From NCBI GenBank assembly GCA_964016885.1, contig OZ024741.1, positions 118,358,001 to 118,422,000 of the forward strand: a DNA stretch of 64,000 nt. The letters run 5' to 3'. The position numbers were made by a program, and so were the translations under genes. Below, one piece after another: positions 14,406 through 27,999 of this stretch; the first letter of the stretch is position 1; every line of letters starts with the position of its first letter. The stretch is from Eledone cirrhosa. Taxonomy: Eukaryota. The notes under the pieces are model-generated. The model was given only the letters and a program-made list of their open reading frames with translations, was not told where the DNA came from and searched no databases.

Positions 14406-15777
14406 CTGTATATTACTATAGACTGTATATTTCTATAGACTGTATATTTCTATAGACTATATATTACTATAGACTGTATATTCCTCTAGACTGTATATTA
14501 CTCTAGACTATAAATTATTATAGACTGTATATTACTATAGACTGTATATTACTATAGACTATATTTCTATAGACTGTATATTACTATAGACTATATATTA
14601 CTATAGACTGTATATTACTATAGACTGTATATTACTATAGACTATATTTCTATAGACTATATATTTCTATAGACTGTATATTACTATAGACTGTATATTA
14701 CTATAGACTATATATTACTATAGACTATATATTACTATAGACTATATATTACTATAGACTGTATATTACTATAGACTGTATATTACTATAGACTGTATAT
14801 TACTATAGACTGTATGTTACTATAGACTGTATGTTACTATAGACTGTATATTACTATAGACTGTATATTACTATAGACTATATATTACTCTAGACTGTAT
14901 ATTACTATAGACTATATTACTATAGACTGTATATTACTATAGACTATATATTACTATAGACTATATATTACTATAGACTATATATTACTATAGACTATAT
15001 ATTACTATAGACTATATATTACTATAGACTATATATTACTCTAGACTGTATATTACTCTAGACTGTATATTACTATAGACTGTATATTACTATAGACTGT
15101 ATATTTCTATAGACAGTATATTTCTATAGACTGTATATTACTATAGACTGTATATTTCTATAGACAGTATATTTCTATAGACAGTATATTTCTATAGACT
15201 GTATATTACTATAGACTGTATATTACTATAGACTATATTACTATAGACTATATATTTCTATAGACTATATATTATTATAGACTATATATTATTATAGACT
15301 ATATATTATTATAGACCGTATATTACTATAGACTGTATATTACTATAGACTATATATTACTATAGACTGTATATTGCTATAGACAGTATATTACTATAGA
15401 CTATATATTACTATAGACTATATATTACTATAGACTGTATATTACTATAGACTGTATATTACTATAGACTGTATATTACTATAGACTGTATATTACTATA
15501 GACTGTATATTACTATAGACTGTATATTTCTATAGACAGTATATTTCTATAGACAGTATATTTCTATAGACTGTATATTACTATAGACTGTATATTACTA
15601 TAGACTATATTACTATAGACTGTATATTACTATAGACTATATATTTCTATAGACTATATTTTACTATAGACTATATATTACTATAGACTGTATATTACTA
15701 TAGACTGTATATTACTATAGACTGTATATTACTATAGCCTATATATTACTATAGACTGTATATTATTATAGACTAAA

Positions 15778-15970
15778 GGGGGGTGGATTGGCAGTATCGG
15801 TAGAGGGTCGGACGCCATACTTTGACGCATAGAGTTACGGCCCTTGCCATTCTGAGTTCAAATCCCGCCGAGGTTAACTTTGCCTTTCATCCTTATGGGG
15901 TCGATAAAATAAAGTACCAGTAATACACTGGTTAATTGCTGGCCTTGTGCCAAAAGTAGAAACAATTATT
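15778..15970 (+). mobile_element. tRNA-derived SINE (cephalopod-type)
   Basis: A-box-like TGGCAGTATCGG, B-box GAGTTCAAATCCC, body TTTGCCTTTCATCC..GGGGTCGATAAAATAAAGTACCAG; homologues at 51589-51780 and 57854-58036. Confidence 0.88.
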
Positions 15971-16760
15971 ATAGACTGTATATTACTATAGACTATATTA
16001 GTATAGACAGTATTAGAATAGTTTGTAATTAGCTAGATTGACTTCATGATTGTGTTTGGTGGGGCTGTAGTAGGGTAGGTGGGGGTGTCGGGATGATTTA
16101 TATTTCTGAAGAGTCATTCAACTCAACAATTTCTCAATCTATCTATCAATATTTACTCAATTGATCTATTGCTTTTCATTCCATATCTTGTTGCTGTTGT
16201 TGTTGTGGTTGTTTTATTTCTCTGCCATCCTTATATCAATCCATTTATTATTTTTTTGTGTGTGTTTTGTCTTTTTTGTATTTTTAATTTTTTTTGTGGG
16301 TGGGCATGCTTTCTGATTCACTTTTTGTTGTTGCTGTTGTTGTTATTTATATGTTATCTATTTTTATACTATTGCATCTATTTTATTTCATCATCATCAT
16401 CGTTTATTTATTTGTTTATTGTTTTTTATTTAATTTAATTTTCTTGAATATTTGTTTTGTTTGTTTTTGTGGTTTGATTGGCTTCTTTTTTTTTGTTCTT
16501 GAAATCTATTGATTTTGGTGTGATGTGATGTATCCATAGTTTCCTCTACACACTGCACTGTCCATCAATAAGAACACATCTTTCTTTCTTTCTCTTTCTT
16601 TTTTCTTCCTTTTTTCCTTTCTCTTTTTTTATTTCGTTCATTCTTTTTTTAATGTCTTTCTCAGTGTTTTGGAAGTTTGTATTTTAATTATTTCATGTGT
16701 AAGACTGAAGTTTTAGAATATAGGAAAATAAAGACTGGAAATTGGAAGTTATGACTTTCA

Positions 16761-17673
16761 CCCTTTTGATACCAACCCATCCATGATTGCCTCTGGTCAT
16801 ATGAAAAATCCTACCCATTTTAATGGGTTCTTCTTTAAATTATAAACTTCCAATGCAATTTCACAAGAACCTTTTGTTAAATTATGTTACAAATACTGTC
16901 TTAATTAAAATAGATGGTATTTCATTGTAAATATTGTCATGAAAGGGTTAAAGCCTTGACCCTTTCATAGCAATTTTTATGACATACATTCTATTTCAAT
17001 TACTGGAAATGTTTGAGGGATATGGTTCTTATATAAAATCATATTGGAATATTTTAATTTGAATAGGAATTCTTTAACATTTTTGTGACCATATTTTGAA
17101 TGAAATATACTCTATTTTAATTATCCAATCCAATACAGGGCCTTCCCCCTCCTGTTAGAGGAACCTGGTTGACCTCCATCGCTTTCTGTTTGTTTTTGGT
17201 CATATCAAGGGTGTAGTATATCAAGGGTGTAGTTACCAAGCTTGGCCAATTGCAGGTTGTTGAAGCTATTTAACCCATAGTTGTGGTGTATGGCCATTGA
17301 CTCTGGGGAGTTCATTTGCTCTTCTAATTAATTAATGGAGAATTTTGAGGGACTTACTAAAATTATTTCATTACTAAGATACAAACTCAATGCTTAGTTC
17401 CTTCATAAAATTGTTTCTATCTTAGTAATGAAATAATTAATAATTTTAGTAAATCTTCAAAATTCTCCATTAATTAATTAAAATAGAGTGTATTTCATTA
17501 AAAATATGGTCACAGAAATGTTAAAGGGCTCCTATTTAAATTAAAATCTTCCAACATAATTTATAAGTGAAATTTAGTAGATATAAACTCTTCTGGTCCT
17601 TTTAATTTAAATAAGAACCCTTTAGTGGGTGCTAGAACCATATCCAGTTTTGGCCAGGTTTGTATCAAAAGGG
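16761..17673. mobile_element. Nested piggyBac-like / foldback MITE cluster
   Basis: Outer TIRs CCCTTTTGATACC / TGTATCAAAAGGG; inner inverted arms about 17040-17123 vs 17478-17560 and 17327-17381 vs 17418-17480; inner termini AAAGGGTTAA and CCCTTTCAT near 16943-16968. Confidence 0.65.
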
Positions 17674-18819
17674 CGAACTTCAGAATTCTGGATTTTAGAG
17701 AAAGAACATTTTATATTTACTTGCTGTAAGAGGCAACTAAAAAATTGCTATAGTTTCTATCTACTGAATTTCACTCAATGGTATTTTGATGTCAATTGTT
17801 AAGGTTTGCTCCTTGGGTCTCAGGATATGCAACCTTTGTTGTCCATCCACACCTCCCAGGACAGATCACAGACCCATCACCAGTTCTAACAGTGTTGAAT
17901 GGAGGCTGCAATATATGTTGAACAGGCCCCTCTACCTAAGGCTTGAATATGTCCCATGCAAAAGACAATACAATATAAATACCTTTGCAGGTTTTATTCA
18001 TGCCAGTCACCAATTTGGAACTATTCTCAGACCTGAAAATTTGCTGTTTGTGCCAACCTCTTACCTGTGGTCATGAACCTTGGGTAATGACTGAAAGAAT
18101 ATGATTGTGAATACAGGTAGCTGAAATGGGGTTCCTCTGAAGGGTCTTTCTTTGGAGTAAAGTGACTCAATAGAGTGTAACTCAGAGATCAGGGAGTCGC
18201 TCCAGATAGTGCTGCTACTTCTCCGAATTGAGAGATCACAGAGAGTAGAGAATTGTTTTGGAGATCAAGACATAAGTTTATTAATATGTTTATATATACT
18301 GCTCTGAATTAGGTTTATTTTTATGACTATTTATTGAATTGTCTATGGTACATTTGGACTTTATTTCTATATTTCTGATTGTCCTGTACTTCCTTCCTGG
18401 TTGAGTTGTAACTGGCAAGTTCATTGGTGAGTTATTTCTAGCGTTCCTATAAAACTGTTGCCTGTCCTTGTGTTGCTGAATTCATCCATGCCATAATACA
18501 TGCATCCTTTATAAGACAATCCATGTATTTAGCTGGGGAGTGAAAATATTTTTCCTTCTAGTTAAATATAAACTGGTCTCACGATACTGACTGTCTTTAT
18601 TGATTAAGATAATTAATATTGTTCTTGCATTTTGAAACTGCAGTAAGGGAAATTCATGTGGGTGTAAATAATTTTGTCTTTACCTTATTTTGCTTATATC
18701 TTCTTTGTTTTGGAACTCAAAACAAGTTTAATAAATTGTTTATGTATAATATATATATAAATACAATTAAAAATACAATAGACAAAAATATACCTATTTT
18801 TCTACAAAGTTCCGACTGA

Positions 18820-21269
<2,450 letters not shown>

Positions 21270-23476
21270 TACTAAACGACGATGGCACACTTGCCATCAC
21301 CGACGCTGATAAGAAGGTAGCTTGGAAGTGTCACTATGAAAGGCTACTAAATGAGGAGAATAATTGGGAGAAAGGCAGTCTCCCCCATATCGACCCAATA
21401 GAGGGACCAGCACTGTTACTCGAGGGGAGTATAATAAGTAAGGCAATCAAGGATATGAAGACTGGTAAGGCGGCTGGGCCTTCGGAAATAGTTGCTGAGA
21501 TGCTGAAGGCATCTGGCACGGTGGGACACACCATGGTCACCCGCATAGTTAACCAAGTCGTACAGAATGGGGTTGTTCCGAAGGACTGGCATAGCAGCAT
21601 CATCGTTAACTGTTATAAGGGTAAAGGAGACGCCCTAGATAGGAGTAACTATAGAGGCATTAAATTAATCGACCAGGTCATGAAGGTCACGGAAAAAGTA
21701 ATAGCGCAACTAATCAGAGAGAGAATTGACCTAGATGAAATGCAGTTCGGGTTTGTGTCAGGCAAAAGTACCACAGACGCTCTTTTCATAGTACGACAAC
21801 TACAGGAGAAGTACCTAGCTAAAGGTAAACCCCTCTACTTAGCTTTTGTCGACTTGGAGAAAGCCTTCGACAGAGTCCCCCGCTCCATTATCTGGTGGGC
21901 TCTTAGAAAACTAGGCGTTGACGAATGGCTTGTGAGGGCTATACAAGCCATGTATAAAGAAACAGTCAGCAAGGTTAGAATTAACAACGAATATAGTGAA
22001 GAGTTTAGCGTAAAAGTTGGCGTCCATCAGGGCTCTGTTCTCAGTCCACTACTATTTATTATTGCCCTTCAGGCTATAACAGAGGAGTTCAAGACAGGCT
22101 GCCCATGGGAACTCCTATACGCAGACGACCTGACACTCATAGCGGAATCAATGGCCGAGCTAGAGAAGAAATTCCAAACATGGAAGCACGGCCTAGAGTC
22201 AAAAGTACTTAAAATTAACCTGGCTAAGACCAAAGTACTAGTTTGTAGGAAAGAAAACAAGGCGGCGGTCCCTTCTGGGAAATGGTCGTGCTCGGTGTGT
22301 AGGAAAGGCGTAGGTAGAAACTCCATTTTATGTCCTAAATGCAAAGTATGGGTGCATAAAAGATGTAGTGGGATCACAGGTAAGCTAACTAAGAACATAG
22401 ATTTTACATGTGGCCGGTGCTCTGGTGCAATAAGTAGCAGCAAGTGCCCACAAACTACTAGCTCTTTCAATTGCGCAGAGGGTTCTATAGAAATAGTGGA
22501 CAGCTTCCGTTACCTGGGCGATAAAATCAGCAGTGGGGGAGGGTGCTCTGAAAGTACTGTAGCTAGAGTCAGAACTGGTTGGAAAAAGTTCAGAGAGCTT
22601 ATACCACTATTAGCTGCTAAAGGGTTCTCACTAAAAATGAAAGGCAGGTTGTACGATGCCTGCATACGAACAGCAATGCTGCATGGCAGTGAGACCTGGG
22701 CATTGTGTGCAGAGGATATACGCAGACTAGAGAGGAACGAAGCTTGCATGCTCCGCTGGATGTGTAACAGTAATATACGTGAACGGCAAAGCATAAACGA
22801 ACTAAGGAAAAAATTAGAGATAAGAGGGATCAGATGTTGTTTACTCGAGAGAAGGCTACGTTGGTATGGACACGTGATGCGCATGAAAGTCGATAGCTGT
22901 ATAACAAAGTGCAGGGCAATAAAGATAGACGGTAGTCACGGAATAGGCAGACCTAGAAAAACCTGGGACGAGCTGATAAACTCCGACATCACACACTTAC
23001 ACCTCTCCAAGACAATGTCACTGGACCGAGACCTTTGGCGGTACTCAGTAACAGAGAAGACCCGCCTTACCTAAAAATATATAGTAAAACCTACTCCAGC
23101 CAGTAGGCATCTCTAACAAAATACACCCCGTCCCACCACCACCACCCCCACCCGATCCACACCACCCCGTTCTATGTAAAGTTATGTTGGTGCCGCGCCA
23201 TCGAGGCCGAAACAAATGAGATCGTGTAGGTGTCACGACAAAAAAACACACAGTCCACGCTGTAATGTGGCCGTGTAGGCAACACGGTAAAAACCTCCCA
23301 GACCCACACTGTAAATGTGGTTGGTGTTAGGAAGGGCATCCAACTGTAGAAAACCTGCCAGACAGTCCTATGCGAGCAAGACAATCACTCTTGCCTCAAG
23401 TGGGACTACCCCCGTCCAAACCCATGCAAGCGTGGAACACGGACGTTAAACGTTGATGATGATGATGATGATGATG
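21270..23476 (+). mobile_element. RTE-A copy A2, 5'-truncated; RT-PHD-C-terminal frame open to stop at 23074
   Basis: LNDDG...YADDL...YLG...[17 protein letters not shown]; complete 3'UTR; (GAT)n tail. Confidence 0.97.
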
Positions 23477-23492
23477 TGTATATGTATGTATG

Positions 23493-23528
<36 letters not shown>

Positions 23529-23776
23529 TGTATGTATGTATGTATGTATATATATATGTGTATATATATGTATGTATATATATATATATATGTGTATATA
23601 TATGTATGTATATATATATATATATGTGTATATATATGTATGTATATATATATATATATGTGTATATGTATGTATATATATATATATATATGTGTATATA
23701 TATGTATGTATATATATATATATATATGTGTATATATATGTATGTATATATATATATATATATGTGTATATATATG

Positions 23777-23811
<35 letters not shown>

Positions 23812-23821
23812 ATATATATGT

Positions 23822-23852
<31 letters not shown>

Positions 23853-24159
23853 TATATATATGTATGTATATATATATATATATGTGTATATATATGTATG
23901 TATATATATATATATATATATATGTGTATATATATGTATGTATATATATATATATATATGTGTGTATATATATGTATGTATATATATATATATATGTGTG
24001 TATATATATGTATGTATATATATATATATATGTGTGTATATATATGTATGTATATATATATATATATATATATGTGTATATATATGTATGTATATATATA
24101 TATATATGTGTGTATATATATGTATGTATATATATATATATATATGTGTATATATATGT

Positions 24160-24190
<31 letters not shown>

Positions 24191-24246
24191 TATATATATG
24201 TATGTATATATATATGTGTATATATATGTATGTATATATATATGTG

Positions 24247-24284
<38 letters not shown>

Positions 24285-24313
24285 TATATATATATGTGTG
24301 TATATATATGTAT

Positions 24314-24349
<36 letters not shown>

Positions 24350-24354
24350 GTATG

Positions 24355-24385
<31 letters not shown>

Positions 24386-24412
24386 GTATGTATATATATA
24401 TATATATATATG

Positions 24413-24455
<43 letters not shown>

Positions 24456-24459
24456 GTAT

Positions 24460-24495
<36 letters not shown>

Positions 24496-24499
24496 GTAT

Positions 24500-24535
<36 letters not shown>

Positions 24536-24562
24536 GTATGTATATATATATATATATATATG

Positions 24563-24639
<77 letters not shown>

Positions 24640-24736
24640 GTATGTATATATATATGTGTATATATATGTATGTATATATATATGTGTATATATATGTATG
24701 TATATATATGTGTATATATATATGTGTATATATATG

Positions 24737-24771
<35 letters not shown>

Positions 24772-24781
24772 ATATATATGT

Positions 24782-24812
<31 letters not shown>

Positions 24813-24934
24813 TATATGTATGTATGTATGTATATATATATATATATATATGTGTGTATGTATGTATGTATATATATATATATATATATGTGTGTATGTA
24901 TGTATGTATATATATATATATGTGTATATGTATG

Positions 24935-24969
<35 letters not shown>

Positions 24970-25121
24970 ATATATATATATGTGTATATATATGTATGTA
25001 TATATATATATATATGTGTATATATATGTATGTATATATATATATATATATGTGTATATATATGTGTATATATATGTATATATATATGTATATATATATA
25101 TATGTGTATATATATGTATGT
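23477..25121. repeat. Compound (TA)n/(TATG)n microsatellite between two tail-to-tail RTE-A copies
   Basis: Higher-order motif TGTGTATATATATGTATGTA(TA)n. Confidence 0.97.
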
Positions 25122-27238
25122 ATCATCATCATCATCATCATCAACGTTTAACGTCCGTGTTCCACGCTTGCATGGGTTTGGACGGGGGTAGTCCCACTTG
25201 AGGCAAGAGTGATTGTCTTGCTCGCATAGGACTGTCTGGCAGGTTTTCTACAGTTGGATGCCCTTCCTAACACCAACCACATTTACAGTGGTGTATTTTG
25301 TTAGAGATGCCTACTGGCTGGAGTAGGTTTTACTATATATTTAGGTAAGGCGGGTCTTCTCTGTTACTGAGTACCGCCAAAGGTCTCGGTCCAGTGACAT
25401 TGTCTTGGAGAGGTGTAAGTGTGTGATGTCGGAGTTTATCAGCTCGTCCCAGGTTTTCCTAGGTTTGCCTATTCCGTGACTACCGTCTATCTTTATTGCC
25501 CTGCACTTTGTTATACAGCTATCGACTTTCATGCGCATCACGTGTCCATACCAACGTAGCCTTCTCTCGAGTAAACAACATCTGATCCCTCTTATCTCTA
25601 ATTTTTTCCTTAGTTCGTTTATGCTTTGCTGTTCACGTATATTACTGTTACACATCCAGCGGAGCATGCAAGCTTCGTTCCTCTCTAGTCTGCGTATATC
25701 CTCTGCACACAATGCCCAGGTCTCACTGCCGTGCAGCATTGCTGTTCGTATGCAGGCATCGTACAACCTGCCTTTCATTTTTAGTGAGAACCCTTTAGCA
25801 GCTAATAGTGGTATAAGCTCTCTGAACTTTTTCCAACCAGTTCTGACTCTAGCTACAGTACTTTCAGAGCACCCTCCCCCACTGCTGATTTTATCGCCCA
25901 GGTAACGGAAGCTGTCCACTATTTCTATAGAACCCTCTGCGCAATTGAAAGAGCTAGTAGTTTGTGGGCACTTGCTGCTACTTATTGCACCAGAGCACCG
26001 GCCACATGTAAAATCTATGTTCTTAGTTAGCTTACCTGTGATCCCACTACATCTTTTATGCACCCATACTTTGCATTTAGGACATAAAATGGAGTTTCTA
26101 CCTACGCCTTTCCTACACACCGAGCACGACCATTTCCCAGAAGGGACCGCCGCCTTGTTTTCTTTCCTACAAACTAGTACTTTGGTCTTAGCCAGGTTAA
26201 TTTTAAGTCCTTTTGACTCTAGGCCGTGCTTCCATGTTTGGAATTTCTTCTCTAGCTCGGCCATTGATTCCGCTATGAGTGTCAGGTCGTCTGCGTATAG
26301 GAGTTCCCATGGGCAGCCTGTCTTGAACTCCTCTGTTATAGCCTGAAGGGCAATAATAAATAGTAGTGGGCTGAGAACAGAGCCCTGATGGACGCCAACT
26401 TTTACGCTAAACTCTTCACTATATTCGTTGTTAATTCTAACCTTGCTGACTGTTTCTTTATACATGGCTTGTATAGCTCTCACAAGCCATTTGTCAACGC
26501 CTAGTTTTCTAAGAGCCCACCAGATAATGGAGCGGGGTACTCTGTCGAAGGCTTTCTCCAAGTCGACAAAAGCTAAGTAGAGGGGTTTACCTTTAGCTAG
26601 GTACTTCTCCTGTAGTTGTCGTACTATGAAAAGAGCGTCTGTGGTACTTTTGCCTGACACAAACCCGAACTGCATTTCATCTAGGTCAATTCTCTCTCTG
26701 ATTAGTTGCGCTATTACTTTTTCCGTGACCTTCATGACCTGGTCGATTAATTTAATGCCTCTATAGTTACTCCTATCTAGGGCGTCTCCTTTACCCTTAT
26801 AACAGTTAACGATGATGCTGCTATGCCAGTCCTTCGGAACAACCCCATTCTGTACGACTTGGTTAACTATGCGGGTGACCATGGTGTGTCCCACCGTGCC
26901 AGATGCCTTCAGCATCTCAGCAACTATTTCCGAAGGCCCAGCCGCCTTACCAGTCTTCATATCCTTGATTGCCTTACTTATTATACTCCCCTCGACTAAC
27001 ACTGCTGGTCCCTCTATTGGGTCGATATGGGGGAGACTGCCTTTCTCCCAATTATTCTCCTCATTTAGTAGCCTTTCATAGTGACACTTCCAAGCTACCT
27101 TCTTATCAGCGTCGGTGATGGCAAGTGTGCCATCGTCGTTTAGTACACACTTCTCCCCGACAATATCACGGTTTTCCTTGACGCATTGCCTAGCAATCCT
27201 GAACACCTCACGTTTTTGGTCATCGCGTTGTAGAATAT
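25122..27238 (-). mobile_element. RTE-A copy A3, 5'-truncated, frame open, about 180-bp deletion in the 3'UTR
   Basis: [12 protein letters not shown]...EKTRLT* (stop 25341); near-identical to A2; deletion junction TTTACAGTG|GTGTATTTTG near 25290. Confidence 0.97.
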
Positions 27239-27241
27239 GTA

Positions 27242-27274
<33 letters not shown>

Positions 27275-27620
27275 GTGTATATATATATATATATATATGA
27301 TGATATATATGTGTATATATATGTATGTATATATATATATATATATATGTGTATATATATGTATGTATATATATATATATATATGTGTATATATATGTAT
27401 GTATATATATATATATATATATGTATGTATATATATATATATATATATGTGTATATATATGTATGTATATATATATATATATATATGTGTATATGTATGT
27501 ATGTATATATATATATATATATATATGTGTATATGTATGTATGTATATATATATATATATATATATGTGTATATGTATGTATGTATATATATATATATAT
27601 ATATATGTGTATATGTATGT

Positions 27621-27651
<31 letters not shown>

Positions 27652-27709
27652 TATATATATGTATGTATGTATATATATATATATATATGTATGTATATAT
27701 ATATATATA
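27239..27709. repeat. (TA)n/(TATG)n microsatellite linking A3 and full-length B
   Basis: Read directly; contains an orphan GATGAT near 27299. Confidence 0.95.
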
Positions 27710-27999
27710 TCATCATCACCGTTTTACGTCCGTTCTTCCACGCTAGCATGGGTTAGACGGGTTGTCCTGTTGTGGGCAGTGTCTGGTCGGCTGACCATGC
27801 CTTGCTCATACAGGAACTGATCTGGCTTGATTTCTACAGCTGGATGCCCTTCCTAACACCAACCTCATTTACAGTGAGTGCTGGGTGCTTTTTCGTGGCG
27901 CCTACACGTCCACTTTACAGTGTGGGCTGGGTGCTTTTTTGCCGTGGCACCTCCACGACCACCTTGCGGTGGGGGGGGGGGGCATATTGTTTATATGCT

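Larger units (their letters stand above)
9697..15775. repeat. 17-bp satellite (CTATAGACTGTATATTA)n, about 6 kb, interrupted by a hAT MITE and two RTE-B tails
   Basis: Unit read directly; variants include CTCTAGAC, GATTGAA and 15-bp units; degenerate copies at about 9400-9480 and 15970-16015. Confidence 0.97.

Noticed and set aside
15778-15970. tRNA gene
   Set aside because: Only A/B-box head without a cloverleaf, continuing into a dispersed SINE body.
17700-18720. Possible decayed LINE (L1/Tx1-like) on the minus strand
   Set aside because: No motif could be read with confidence; needs tBLASTx or a profile search.
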